DNA of 63,458 nucleotides, filler included, from Chiloscyllium plagiosum (GCF_004010195.1; 3 parts of one record of this genome joined end to end with filler, not necessarily neighbours in it), one strand, 5' to 3'. Shown: positions 1 through 13,074, counted from the first letter of the whole stretch. The notes: generated by a model from the sequence alone, not told the origin. A program made the numbers and translations.

Positions 1-748
1 GTGTCAGCAGAATGCAGGTGAGTGGCGCTGGTGGGGGCGGAAGTGGTGGCAGACACGGCAGTAGGGGTGGCGGAAGTCACTGAGCGTGTGGCATCGGCGA
101 TGATGTGAGGGCCGGAAGTGGCTGTGGGAGTGGCCATGATGGGGGCAGAAGTGACATCATCAATCAGCGTGGGGGTGGTAGCTGCATCAGCCGCATGGCT
201 AATGGTGTTTCCGAGGCCAGGGGAATCTTCTGGAATGTTCAAGGAGCGCTGGTTCTGGAGGTGGGTAGATAAAAGTTGGTTGTACTTACAGTTTTTGATG
301 TTTGAGATGGAGTTGAAATACTGTTTGTTGACAGTATGAATTCTCCTGAGGACGTAGTACAGAAGGGGTCCTTTGCAGTTCTGAGAGAGTGTGGCCCTCA
401 GCTGAGGCAGGACTGGCTGTAGAGAGGTTAAGTGCCGGCGCATTGCTGCGAGTGTGGAGCAGAGGATCTTGAAGGAGAACCATTGCTGGTATTTTTGGAT
501 CTGTCGTCTGTACTGTTTGTCCTGTTCGGGTCCGAACTCTGCTGGTTTAAAGGTGGTCCGGAGTCCGTGTGGGATAAGTTGGTTACGGAGGTAGGCACTG
601 AGGAAGCAAATGTGGCTGTAGTAGCGAGTCTGTTTCAGGACATGGTTGAAGAGCTTCAGGGCAGAGGAAATGACCTGGGAGTTGCAGTGGGAGAGGGACT
701 CCCTGAGATTCTTGTAGAGAGAGGAGGAGAACTTCTTCAAGGCAGGCT
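1..748 (-). mobile_element. Penelope-like element, N-terminal part of ORF (runs off window start)
   Basis: Minus-strand translation reads ...YSHICFLSAYLRNQLIPHGL...RRHLTSLQPVLPQLRATLSQNCKGPLLYYVLRRIH..., resembling the HxxFLxxxxxxxxIPxGL N-terminal motif of PLE ORFs, followed by a T/A/P-rich linker. Confidence 0.6.
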
Positions 749-915
749 TTGAGGGACCCTATTCTTTCCCTTGTTACTCTTTTGTCCTTAATGTATTTGT
801 AAAAACTCTTTGGATTCTCCTTAATTCTATTTGCCAAAGCTATCTCATGTCCCCTTTTTGCCCTCCTGATTTCCCTCTTAAGTATACTCCTACTTTCTTT
901 ATACTCTTCTAAGGA
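749..915 (-). mobile_element. CR1 LINE ORF2 fragment
   Basis: Translation ANRIKENPKSFYKYIKDKRVTRERIG, typical of the CR1 endonuclease-RT linker. Confidence 0.8.
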
Positions 916-1299
916 TTATAAAACTTCCAGAGATGCAGAATATCTCGGTGAAGCTTAAAGTGAAGCATTAATAGAAGATCAAACGGATCAAAGTTCGAGA
1001 AGAAGTAGCTGCCTCCCTGCATGGTCGGGTCACTGCAACACCAACAAACTACCACACTGCTACATCGGGGTCTGGAGTGTGGTAACCACCAGTGTCTGGA
1101 GAGGGACTTTGGCACTCGGTGACGTAGCACTGGTGAGCCGGGTGGAATTCTAGCAGTCGGCAGCATTCTGACATCATTGAGGTCCAGAGTGGTTGGCGGC
1201 TGGTGAGCCTGGATGGCGGTTGACAATGAGGTGACTGGTAAACCCAGGAGGGATTCTGGTGGTCAGCAGCAAGATGGTAGCATGGAAAAGGTTGAGTCC

Positions 1300-1812
1300 A
1301 ACACAGAGGAAAGAGAGAACTGAACATAGGGGAAAACGTGCCCAGTGTGGGGGAGAGAGTGAACTGAACATGGGGAAGCGTGTGCCCAACGCAGAGGGGA
1401 GAGTGAACTGAGCATAGGGGAGAATGTGCCCAGCGTGGGGGAGAGAGTGAACTGAACATGGGGAAGCGTGTGCCCAGCGCAGAGGACAGAGTGAACTGAG
1501 CACAGGTAGCGTGTACCCAGTGTGGGGGAGAGTGTGAACTAAGCACTGGGGAGAGCATACCCAGCGAGAGCATACCCAGCGCAGAAGACAGAGTGAATTG
1601 AGCATGGGAGAGCGTGTGCCCAGTGTGGGAGAGTGAACTCAGCATGGGGGAGCACATGCCCAACGCGGGGGGAGAGTGAACAGAGCATGGGGGAGCATGT
1701 GCCCAACGTGGGGGAGAGAGCGAACTGAGCACGGGGAGATCATACCCAGTATGGGGGAGAGAGTGAACCGAGCACGGGAAGAGCATACCCAGCATGGGGG
1801 AGAGATCAAGCA
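1300..1812. repeat. ~44-bp minisatellite, about 11-12 diverged copies
   Basis: Unit like gtgcccagtgtgggggagagagtgaactgagcatggggaagc; anchors at 1341, 1385 and 1429 give period 44. Confidence 0.9.
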
Positions 1813-4800
1813 CTCGTGGACAATGTGAGTTCCTTTGGGGAAAGCCCAATGTGGACCATCTGCAGGCTCATGGCTGAAGGAGGACTGTTGAACTTTGAAC
1901 TTTATTTCTTTACTTTTCTACTTGATACTAAGAAGAATTGTAATGTTCAACCTTTAATTTATTTATTTTTCTACTTTGTACCCAAGGTTTTGTCCAAGAA
2001 GGCCTTTGAGTCTCAAAGGAAAGCTGACAGGAAGCTTCCAAAAATCCGGCTCAGAGACATCCAATGTTTTCATGCAGCTGGTACAGCAAAGAAGAACACT
2101 CAAGAAAGGGAAAGATTTCTTGGAAATATTTAGAGTTCCAAGATGACTATGTACTAACTATTCTTGCTACAATTAATGAGTGATGAATTTGTGTCAAAAT
2201 AGACACAAAGGGAAAGAATGAACGTTTTCATTTAAGTTTGCAGAAGACTATCAGGAAGAAGCACAACTTTATTACGGATGGATACACTTGCAAAATGTTG
2301 ATGAACTTTTGAAAAATAGCTTAGAAATACATGCAAGGAAATAAATTTGCCATTCTGCACACTGCTGTGCAATGCAAGAACATTTTACAGTCCCCACATA
2401 GAAGACTATTTGCTCACTAGCGATGATGCCCTTCTATCTTCTGATGGAGTTTCAGAAACGTTCTCTCCAGAGAAGTTTACATCCCACTCCAGCTCTCTGC
2501 TCATCTTCCTAGATATGATAAGACAGTCTATGCATGCTATATGTCATCGATGAGAGCTGTAAATGCTGCTGAACTTTAATACCTCAAGCCAAAGATGGCG
2601 GGCATGGGAAGGGAGGAAATGAGAGAAGAGTTAAATGCTCATGGCTAAAAGTTAATCATTAAAAAAGTAAAATAACTTCAGCTATTGAACATGTGTGAAC
2701 AGAGCTGAGGCGTGTGTCACTTCTGGGATTAGAGCCTGAGTTTGGACGCTTCCAAAGAGCTGTCCTCTCTTCCCAATGTCTTATAACTAGCTATATTTAA
2801 TAAAGCTTTTTCATGTTCTCACACAACAGTGAAGATCTCATCTCCTACAATGGCTGTATTTGTTCTTGGATGTAAGTACTGCTGGCAAAGTCAGCATTAT
2901 AGCCCAAACCAAACTGTCCTTGAGAAGTCAGTACTGAACACCTGCTTGAACCATTGCAGTCCATGTGATGTAGTTACACCAAATGATGTTGAACCAAACA
3001 AGCTGGTTTGTGTGTTTTGGATGGTTAGGGTTAGGGTTAGGACCTGCCCTTTAATCCACTGTATTTACGTGGCTAATCCAGTTCCGTTTCTGATCCATGG
3101 TAGCACTCGGGAGGTTACTGGTGGGGGATTCAATGATTGGCAGTTCCATTGACCATCAAGGGATGATGCTTTGATTATCTCAAATAAGAGATATTCATTT
3201 ACTGGCATGTATGGGGGATGAAGATTAATTATCATTTGCAGCTGAAGCCTGGGTGTTGCGAGGAAAACAGACTGTTTGGTGTCTGTGATATGCACAGAAC
3301 AGTGCTCCATCACAAGTGGGCATCCCCACCTCCAAACTTATTTTGCAGGAAAGCTCAGTCAAATGTCCATTTAAGGAAGCGATACAATCCATATCTATAT
3401 AATCATTTAAAGCTTACACCATCACTGATATACTTTGGTTACCGTTAAGCAGAAACTTAGACAGCCATATAAATACTATGGCTAGAAGAGCAAGTCAGAA
3501 GCTGGATACTTTATCATAAACGTCTCCCCTCTATCATTTACAAAGCATTGTAAGTAAACTGATGAAATGCTCCCACGTGTGTGGATGAGTGAAGTTCCAA
3601 TGCTCAGGAGGTTTGATGCTATCCAGGTCAGCTGATTGATCAGCTCCCCGCACTACCTTAAACTGTCTCACTGTTTCATCATCGTTGCTGGGTCAGGAAT
3701 GTTGGGAGGTGGTCTCTTGTCAGCAATGGTGACTGCCTGGCACTTTAATGGCACGAATTTTCCTTACCATTTATCAACCCAGGCTTGGCTGTTAACCAGG
3801 TCTTGCTACAAACATGACTTCTTCAATGATTTCAAACTGTAATCAGTGACATATATAGAGGATATAGGTGATGTCAAGCCAACACTGTAACCTTCATCTA
3901 ACACAAGGAATTACATGAAGAATACCAGTCTTTTCCAACAACACATTGGATTAGTAAAACTGAGAGCTAGGCCCACTTATTAGATCCTGTTTTAAGCCAC
4001 TTGCATTTAATTTCCATCTTTTCAAACTTTATCTTTTCTCTCCTGTCATCCATTTGTTCATACTTACAAATTAGCTACATTTCTTACAATTAGCTTTTGA
4101 AAATATGTGAATATTAAATTTACCTCAACGGGCCGACTAATTTGTCAACATTTGACTCACATGCTGGATTAGATTCTCATGATCATAACTGGTCTCAACA
4201 CCTGTGGATATCAAACTTCCGAATCTGTTGACTTGTGTATTTCCGGAAAAAAACACATTATGTTGAAGCATTTCTTATTGCACTCCTCAGGACAAGTCAC
4301 AAGGACACCAAAGTAAAGGAAAGCAACAGTTAGACAATATGTGAGGACAGTGCTGATGAGTTGAAAATGGCATTGTCCTGGGAAAGGAACCAGTGAATGG
4401 CTGTCACCTATTTTGTTGAGTTGAAATCAGTACAGTATGTATACGTGTTCTCTCTATCTGCAGAGGTGAGGGTCCTATATATTAAAATGTGTAGGTTCTA
4501 ATAAACACAACCATTTCATGTTGCGAGCCAATTGACAATCTTAAGTTGGTTGTCAATATTATTCTTGACATATTCTGGATTATTTAGCAAATGTCCTATT
4601 GTGGATCCACATTTAACACTGGACACTATGTTGTGAGTTTTGCAAGCATGGGCTGGTTGATTACTATCAGTACTCTACTTATTGCGAATAGCCAAAGGAA
4701 TATGCTGCGGACACAAAGTGCCAGTTTTTGAGACATAGGGTCTATATACCTAGAATCACACCAGCACTGAAATTCACAGAGCACCTTACTCAATTTCATC

Positions 4801-6334
4801 TGCGTGATAGGCATAATCTTTCTTTGCTATGACTCATATTGCTAATATATAATACTAGAATGAGATAGCTGTTCATTATGATATTAATTCCCAACATTTC
4901 TCTTACATTCTCTTGCTTAATTATTATGGCTGAATCACAGTTTTGATAGCAATAGTTGAAGTTCACTCTAAAGTTTATAACATGTGGGCCACAGGAATTG
5001 ACCACTTAGCTCTGGAACCTGTTCAGATATTCAATAAAATCATGCCTTATCAGTGACATAGTCCACATTGCACTTTTGTCCCTTATCACTTAATCCCTTT
5101 GATTAATGAAAATCCATCGATCATAGTTTTAACATTGATGTTTTTTAGAAAAAGTTCCAAATGTCTACCATGCCTTTGCATGAAGAAGTGAATTATAATT
5201 CAGTTTTGAAAAGTTTGGTTCTAATTTTATAGATTACGCTCCCAAGACTCCTCCCCCATCAGAAATATTTTCTCCCTAAATACTTCAATATCTGAAACAT
5301 TTGTTCAGATAACCCTCTTAATCATCTAAATTCCAGGAAGTACAGCTCTACTTCCTGAGTTCCTTCCTTGTTCTTTTAACCTTGGGAGAATTGGTGAGGT
5401 CAAATCAAAAGGACTGGACTAGATTGTCTGACAGACTTTCAAGTCATGATGTCCGGATTAAATGGAGGTTCTGAATCTGAATCTGTCAGCAGTGAGACCT
5501 CCACTGAGCATTAAATGACCGACTCCTCAATCAGGAGGTATCATCTCATAGAGATGCCAATCAACCTATAACTTGCAGCAATACCACTGAGAGAAGTATG
5601 TACTGATCAGACTACAGGCATTGCTCAGGTTCTAAATGGTGGGAGTGCTACACAAGCATAATTCTGGGAGCATCACAGAAGAGACAGATGGGAAGCCCAG
5701 GATTTGGGGAGGAGTGAGGGATGTGAGTGTCATGTCAATAAGGCTGGAAGGGAAAGAATGCCAAGGGCTTGTGGAGGAGACCAATGGGAAAGGGAACAAT
5801 GAGGGACAATGCCTACTCCTAAATTCCTGCCCACAGCCCGAGCAAGCTAATGTTCTTGACCTCCTCCTGTTGACCTCAAAATGATAAGGTTGAAGGAGAG
5901 CTCTTCAGTGGCCAATAATTGCCCACTTAAGGGCCTTAAGAGCAAGTGACCTGGCTTACATCTTCAACCTCCTACCCATAGCCTTTTTGTCAGGTCAAGG
6001 GGAGAGGCAGATAGGCAGTGGGTAAGACAAAGGGAATTTTATAGGCCAGTCCGCTAATCAACCCTGCAAACTTGTAGAATTCTGGTTTATTATATGCCAA
6101 TCCAAATAAATGGCAAAACTGAAATATGTTGGCCTTTGAATGGTGCAGGCAAGAGCACAACGGTAGGAAACACAATAATTTCAACTACTAGGACTATTTT
6201 GTTTGAATTTGAAACCCGCAAACCTCTTCTGGGCACATCACATGCACCATTGTTTGGTGTTGAGTAAATGTAAATATCTTAGAAGAGGACCACAGATCTA
6301 CATCTGACTCTTCACTGACATGGATCCCACAAAG

Positions 6335-6670
6335 TTTGATGGGATAGTGATTATGCTATCAGAAAAACAATCCAGAGGTCCGAACTAATGCTCTGGTGAC
6401 ATGAATTCAAATCCTATCCCGAAAGCAGCAGTTGGTGGAATTTAAATTCAATTGATAAATCTGCAATTAAAAGTCTAATCACGGATTGCTATAAAAATCC
6501 AACTGGCTCACTGACATTCTTTTGAAACGAAAATCTGCTGTTCTTACCTAATGTGGATTAAGTGTCACTCCAAACTCAAAGCAATGTAGGCAGCTCTGAA
6601 ATAGCCTAACTGGATATTCATATCAATGACAATTAGGAATGATTAACAAATATTGGTCAGCATCCCATTA
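6335..6670 (+). mobile_element. Old tRNA-headed SINE-like repeat
   Basis: Shares diverged blocks (ggaatttaa, aaatctg, cttacct, gtgactcca/gtcactcca, gcaatgt) with 59200-59530; ttcaaatcc B-box-like head. Confidence 0.5.
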
Positions 6671-7502
6671 ATGATTACATTTTAAAAATTCTTTACATTC
6701 TGCCTATAAACATGATTGAGGCCAGTTTTGCAAGAGTGATTAATCAGACTTTGCTAGCTAATGATCACTGTGGCATGAGGTCACATAATTCAGGTCACAT
6801 TATGACTAGGCTGTTTCTGAAGCACAAACCAACTGTGTTACCACTCAAGCACAGCATTGCCTTCATGTCTACAGTTCCAGTTTCCTTTGGGAACATGCAT
6901 TAATCAGTTTTAAAAGTGAAGTCTGCTCAGCCCTGCAGACATGGCTGAGCAAGTACTGACAAACAGCTACAGAATTTGTGTGTCTTGGACTTCAGGATCC
7001 CCTGTACTCATTTTCCTTTTCTTCTAAGATTGTCACCCAGAGGGGTTTCTATTTAGACACCCACTCGGTGTCTTCAATGGTGCTGAGGGGAGTAAGAACT
7101 GCACCAATCAGAATGAAAACACATGTATAACTTGAGAAAAGATCAAGCAGAAATAACATTGAACAATTTCTACGGAGTACTGTGTGCAGTTCTGGTCACC
7201 ATGCTATAGGAAGGACGTTACTAAACTGGAGGGGGTTCAGAAAAAATACCAGTATTTGCCGGGAATGGAGAGTTTGAGACATAAAAATAGGCTGGAAAGA
7301 CTGGGATTTTCTTCACTGAAGTGTACGAGAATGAAGGGTGACCTTAAATGAGATTTATAAAATCATGAGGGGGATAGATAAGGTGAATGACAAGAGCCTT
7401 TCCCTTGAAGTGGTGGAGTTCAAAACTAAGGGGCATTATTTAAGGTGAGAGAAGAAAGATTTAAAAAGGACATCAGAGGCAACCTTTTTAACACAGAGAA
7501 TG

Positions 7503-8430
7503 GCAGCAATTTTTGAGAAGATTTGTAGCTCAGGTTGATGATAAGTATAAACTGGAAGGTTTGTTTTCAGATGTTTCGTCACCATACTAGGTAACAGCAT
7601 CAGTGAGAATCCCTGGTGAAGCGCTGGTGGTATGTCCTGCCTCTCTATTTATAGGTCTTGGTTTTTTAAGGTGAGTGATTTCATTTTCAGTTCTTTTTTA
7701 CAAGGGAAGTTGATGGGGTCTAAGTTAACGTGTTTATTGATGATGTTCTGATTATAATACCATGCCTCTAAGAATTCACTTACATGACTTTGTTTTGCCT
7801 GTCCTAGAATGTGTGTGTCAAAGTGGTGTCCTTCTTTGTACAAAGTTAAAAATCACACAACACCAGGTTATAGTCCAACAGGTTTAATTGGAAGCACACT
7901 AGCTTTCGGAGCGACGCTCCTTCATCACCTGATGAAGGAGCGTCGCTCCGAAAGCTAGTGTGCTTCCAATTAAACCTGTTGGACTATAACTGGTGTTGTG
8001 TGATTTTTAACTTTGTACACCCCAGTCCAACACCGGCATCTCCGAATCCTTCTTTGTATGTATGGAAACTAGTGATAGTGGGTCGTATCTTTTGGTGGTT
8101 AGTTGGTGTTCATGTATCCAAGTTTCCTGCTTGTTTGTCCTAAGTAGTGTTTTTTTACCGTTGTTGCATGGCATTTTGTAAATTACGTCAATTTTGCTGG
8201 TAGTATCTAATGGATCCTTTAGGTTCATTAGTCACTGTTGAAGTGTGTTGGTAGGTTTGTGGGTTACCATGATACCAAGGTAGTCTGGAAATCATTTCAG
8301 AAATGTCTTTGATGTAAGATAATGTGGCTTTAGTTTTTGGTTGCATTGTGTCTGCTGGTTTGGATTAGTTTCTGTGGAATCAGCGGATCGTGTTTATTAG
8401 GTACCCGTTTTTCTTGAAAACGTTGTGTAG
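7503..8430 (-). mobile_element. Penelope-like element 3' fragment (degenerate GIY-YIG region plus terminal repeat)
   Basis: Translations LKDPLDTTSKIDVIYKMPC and GHHFD...ILGQAKQSHVSEFLEAWY...INKHVNLDP match the PLE GIY-YIG domain; hammerhead-like CTGATG..GAAAC at ~7574-7603 (minus). Confidence 0.75.
7841..8046 (+). mobile_element. Palindromic mini-Penelope (inverted pLTR pair) with 12-bp TSD
   Basis: ~85-bp near-perfect inverted arms centred at ~7928; TCCTTCTTTGTA at 7829-7840 and 8047-8058; CTGATGA-A-GGAGC-gtc-GCTCC-GAAA at 7929-7953. Confidence 0.85.
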
Positions 8431-9151
8431 AGAGGGATTTGTGCTTGGAATGAACTGCCAGAGAAAGGGGTGGATGCAGGTACAGTTAAAACATTTAAAA
8501 GACATTGGATAAGTTTATGAATAGGAAAGGTTTGGAGGGATATGGTCAAGTACAGGCAGGCGGGAATGGTTTAGTTTGGGAACATGGTCAGCATGCACTA
8601 GTTGGACCAAAGGGTCTGCTTCCATGCTGATTGACTCTCTAATTCTATTAGAAAACTTTAACAATAATTAAAAATATGAAACTTGCAACCAATGATGTGC
8701 TGGCACTTAGCTAGAAAATCATGAAAGGTACAACTGAATGACTTTTGGATATGAAGTTCCCAACTATTTCCAAAATTACAGGTCATCACCCTTTCTGTTT
8801 TATCCCTTAAACTAGTTCATAGAGATTTTAACAACAAATGAGTTGCAAGCCGTGCAATCAGGTACTCATTCACAACAATGGTTTCTTTATTATCCTTGCA
8901 TTTTAGAAACGTCAACAATAGGGCGGGTTGCATCTTCACTGCATTTTCATTCAACTAAATGAAAATCCATCAGGTTCTACAAAGTGTGTGAAATCTGGCA
9001 CACCAGGTCACTATCTAGGCAGCAAACATTGACATCAACATGCAATGAAAACAAACAGGACAAGAACATAGGCATTAATTGATCACACAAAAATTTACTG
9101 TGTCTCCATTTCAGCTTCGATATAGTTAATAGCAAACCATTGCACACCTAC

Positions 9152-9279
9152 CTGCACACTAGTCAGGGTTGTATACTGGTAAGCCTTTATTACAAGGTAG
9201 TTGGCTTCTATATCTATTAATCCCAAGATCATATACTTCCACCATCTTCGTTTTAATATTGCCAACAGATTCTCTTCCC
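9152..9279 (-). CDS. SLC35F1: SLC35F1 internal coding exon (equivalent to human exon 3), solute carrier family 35 member F1
   Basis: tcttttcttttgcacAG|GG GAA GAG AAT...GTG CAG|GTaggt; 128 nt; encodes (G)[42 protein letters not shown], nearly identical to recalled human SLC35F1 ([43 protein letters not shown]). Neighbouring exons were not found in the window. Confidence 0.92.
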
Positions 9280-9899
9280 CTGTGCAAAAGAAAAGACCAC
9301 CAGGTTACAAGTGCAGCCAGTCATTATGTAAAACATTGCTGTGGTTAAAATTACTCAGTTGCAAACAACCCAGTGATTTTGTTAAACGAGGGCATATATT
9401 CCTCTTTTCATCAAATTGGTAACAGCCATGAGATTGGGGTGAATACAACCAAAGTGTCTGTGATTTCATCTTTGCTCACAACAGCCCAGGTACCAAGTAC
9501 ATCGCTATGGGGTAAGCTTGAAAAACCTAACCCTCACATCATTCATACATCCAAGTGGCCAATTTTTCTAATATTTCACATTTATCACATCTTAATCTGA
9601 TTAAATGTGTTTATTGACGCAAAATGAAAATATTAAAGTATTTCAATATTTTAGGCACTCAAGTGTCACTGATTTGGGACACTTGTCTCTGCTATTATGA
9701 AACTCAAAACTCTTAATTTTATGGGTGTAGATTAAGTCATTTTGATCAGGCAAAGGAGAAAGAGAAAAACGTAGTCATTACAGACACTAAAAGATAATTG
9801 GTTATTTATTGTTATAAAACATATTTGCAACTCAAAATGTAATTTTTAACTTAAAATGCACAATTCAGTTCATGAAGGAAGACACATCAACTTAGAACT

Positions 9900-10690
9900 T
9901 GAAGAACTTGGACTTGCTTAGTGTCAGAGGCTTGGATGGGGGACAATTTGCTACATGTGTATAGAAGGGTTTTTTAAGTCCAACTAGGGAAGGAGCTACA
10001 CTAGATCTGTTATTAAGAAATGAGCCGGTTGGTGATCACTGTTTCAGAGTGAGAGCATTTTGGGAACAGTGATCATAATTTTGTAAGCTTTAAATTACTT
10101 ATGGATAAAAATAAGAGCAATCCTTGGGTGAAAGAACTAAGTTGGTGAAAGACTAACTATCACAATATTAGGGAGGAACTGGGGAATGTAGACTGAGGGT
10201 GGTTAGTTGAGGATAAATCCACATCTGGCGTTTGGGAATATTTTAAAGGCCAGTTGATTAGAGTTCAGGACCAGCATGTAAAAATAAGGAAAAGGATGGG
10301 AAGATTTGGGAACCTTGGAATGACAAGAGAAATTGAGAAATTAGTCAAAAAGAAAAAGGAGGCATATGTAAGGTTTGGGAAACGGAAGACAGACAGAGCC
10401 CTTGAAGAATACAAAAATGGCAGGAAAGAACCCTGACAAGGAATTGGGAAGGCACAAAGGAGCCACAAAATGTCTTTGGCAAACAGGATTAAGGAAAATC
10501 CTTAGCATTTTATACATATATAGGAACCAAGAAGGTAGCTAGGGAAAGGGACAAAGGAGGGAATTTATTAATGGAACCAGAGAAAGTGGGTAAGATCCTT
10601 AACAAATACTTTGCATCAATATTCACAAAGGAGAAGTACATGGTGGATGCTGAGTCTGGGGAAGGGTATGTTGATATTCTGGGATAATTA
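9900..10690 (+). mobile_element. Degenerate CR1 LINE ORF2 fragment
   Basis: Remnants of PTREGATLDLLL, EHFGNSDHN, MTREIEKLVKKKKEAY, ANRIKENP and LNKYFASIFTKE. Confidence 0.8.
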
Positions 10691-10849
10691 CACTATTTCC
10701 TTTGTACATCTTAGGTTGTCAGGTCATCTCCATATATCCAATTTGGTCTAATCACAAACTGATATGTTCCTGATGGTTTTGGTCATCCTTTAATCACTAC
10801 TTCTCACAGCATTGAAGACATGCGTCTTATTTGATAGTTAGCTTCCTTG

Positions 10850-11430
10850 GAGTAAAGTACTTGTCTGTTATATTCAGTGTGTCTGCTGGGTTGACAACTT
10901 CCAAAGCATGAAGAGCTATGGCTTCATCTTGAATTCAGAAGATTCCACACTGTCTTCACCAAGAGGGTTACTCTCAACAGCATGTTTGCAGTATGTATCT
11001 GCTTCCAATGCTTATACATCACTTCCAGATGACATCTCTGTAACCTGAGTAACAGCCATTGCAGATGCTTTAGAGCAGAGAATAGCAGTTTGAGGGAAAT
11101 GCTATGAGGTGCCTTGTGGTCAGACTCGACTGTCACTTTGCTTCTTTTAAGTTGGTACACATGCAAAGTCAATGACTAGGCAATCTTTCTCAATCTAGGC
11201 ATAACATCTTTCTGCTTGTGTTAGTGCCCTAGATGTAAATGTAACTGTTTGACTTTGCTGCATTCAGGTTTCCACAAGTCCTGTCTTACTGGTGTCACAC
11301 TGCAGGATGACTTCACCATTGACAGAGACTGCAGTAGTTTTTTAGCACTGGCATTGGAGTCACTAGCTGATTGATTCACAACTTTGGCATTTCTACACTG
11401 GTCAATTGCTCTCCCTGGTGTAAGTTTGCC
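10850..11430 (-). mobile_element. Ty3/Gypsy LTR retrotransposon pol (RNase H) remnant
   Basis: VTVESDHKAP...LQWLLLRLQRCHLEVMYK matches the degenerate V.TDHKPL...RLQRxxLxLQxY RNase H motif. Confidence 0.7.
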
Positions 11431-11434
11431 TTGT

Positions 11435-11560
11435 TCTGAAGAAGGATCACAGAACCTGAAACATTAACGCTGCTTTCTCTGCAGATCCTGCCAGACCTGC
11501 TGAGTTTCTCCAGCAGTTTGTATTTTTGTTTCTGATTTCTGATCAGGAATTCTTTGGTTT
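11435..11560 (+). mobile_element. Degenerate Penelope terminal repeat (pLTR)
   Basis: ttctgaagaaggatc...tgaaacattaac...gccagacctgctgagtttctccagc, homologous to the pLTR at 16340-16480. Confidence 0.6.
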
Positions 11561-11850
11561 TTTTATATAAGTTTAACTTCTCTCAGTCAGTTCTGTCTCT
11601 AATTAGCTCAGACTTTAATTGTGCAAATTCACAGGTTTCTGAATGTTGAGTTGATGATGTTACATATTGAGCAATCGACTCTTTGTTGTCTACTACTGAA
11701 TACTTAAAAGTTCACATGCAGCATTCAGTTTGAGCTCAAAATGTGCCGTCAAAGCTTTTAAAATTATTGTGTTTCTTCATTCTGTTGTTCAGCAATATTA
11801 AAGATGAAATATATTTTTGAACAGTCTCATCCCAACATTGTTAAAAGTAT

Positions 11851-11985
11851 CGAGGAGAAAGTGAGAACTGCAGATGCTGGAGATCAGAGCTGAAAATATG
11901 TTGCTGGAAAAGCGCAGCAGGTCAGGCAGCATCCAAGGAGCAGGAGAATCGACGTTTCGGGCATAAGTCCTTCTTCAGGAACCAG
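11851..11985 (-). mobile_element. Solo Penelope pLTR with 12-bp TSD
   Basis: Near-identical to the terminus of the young PLE copies at 31202 and 63047; TGTTAAAAGTAT at 11839-11850 and 11986-11997. Confidence 0.85.
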
Positions 11986-12576
11986 TGTTAAAAGTATAGT
12001 GGGCTTGGTCTGGTTTGCTCAACAAATCTGTTAGTATTACCTAATTCTATCATTGTTCATATCCCCAATATCCTCATATCCCCAATAATTTAAACATGAG
12101 CTAGTGCAGGAAAAGGTGCAACCATTTTTGCGTAAGCAGCTTTCTTTGTTGTTTTCTTTTGTCATTTTCAGTGGCAGTTCACATCTCTGTGATGTGCTTT
12201 TTATTTCAGCTCTGGACACTCACCACTTCTGACAATATGTTTCCAGTGTAACTGCAGTGAGTTCAGCAGAAAGACTTTACTGAAGAGAAGCTTAAGATGT
12301 TTGCCTCCAGGGCATGTGCCTCATGGTACAAGTCACATGACTATGGCACATTAGGATAGACATTTGTACATGATCGTATTTCAATCCAAACAAAATTATA
12401 GTTGGATCTGAAAAAGCATGGTTGCTACCTACTAGCTCTAAATTGTATTTTTTTTTTGTTTACATTTTTGTGATAATCTTCATAATTACAGAAATATAAA
12501 TAATTATGACTGTCTTGCAGAGTTAATAACTGGCTCATGTTTGCTGGCGACAAAATTAAAGGTGGACAGATTTCAT

Positions 12577-12882
12577 TGAATCCCTACAGCATGGAAGCAG
12601 GCCCTTCAGCCCAACAGTCCACACCAACCCTCCAAAGAGCGACCCACCCAGACCCATTCCCCCTACCCTACATTTATCCCTGACTAATGCACCTAACCTA
12701 CACATCCCTGACCACTATGGGCAATTTAGCATGGCCAATTCACCTTATCTGCACATCTTTGGATTATGGGAGGAAACCCACACTGACTCAGGGAGAATGT
12801 GAAAAGACAGTCGCCCAACGCTGGAATCCAATCCGTGTCCCTGGTGCTGTGCGGTGGCAGTGCTAACCACTGAGCCACCATG
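12577..12882 (-). mobile_element. HE1-type tRNA-derived SINE
   Basis: Minus strand ggtggctcagtggttagcactg (A box) ... CR1-like tail tgttgggctgaagggcctgcttccatgctgtagggattc. Confidence 0.85.
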
Positions 12883-13074
12883 TTGCTCTAATATACCTGG
12901 TTACTATGGTGTGTGAAGACAAAGACTTTGGACTTTTGTGCATTTTGGGAACATAAACAGAAACGTGGGCAAATGGATCTTCCAGAAATCCCATATGCAG
13001 CATGAATCTTTTATCAATTTCAGACATTGAGCACAATACTCAGTTTTTCATCATTGTCAAAAATGAAAATTACT

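Larger units (their letters stand above)
7170..8640 (+). mobile_element. CR1 LINE 3' fragment interrupted at ~7503-8430 by a Penelope-like insertion
   Basis: gagtactgtgtgcagttctggtcacc...ttttaacacagag, resuming tggaatgaactgccagag...gttggaccaaagggtctg...gactct, the CR1 ORF2 end and 3' tail. Confidence 0.75.

Noticed and set aside
1049..1849. 266-aa ORF
   Set aside because: Produced by the 44-bp minisatellite; no recognisable protein features.
2418..2508. Exon-like segment on the minus strand (tAG|GAAGATGAGC...CTA|GTGAGC; one frame KMSRELEWDVNFSGENVSETPSEDRRASSL)
   Set aside because: Does not match the expected next SLC35F1 exon (LLDCFVIP...). In the SLC35F1 phase it hits a stop, and the resemblance to the NDRG1 start (MSRE..) is only four residues. 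No support beyond splice-like dinucleotides.
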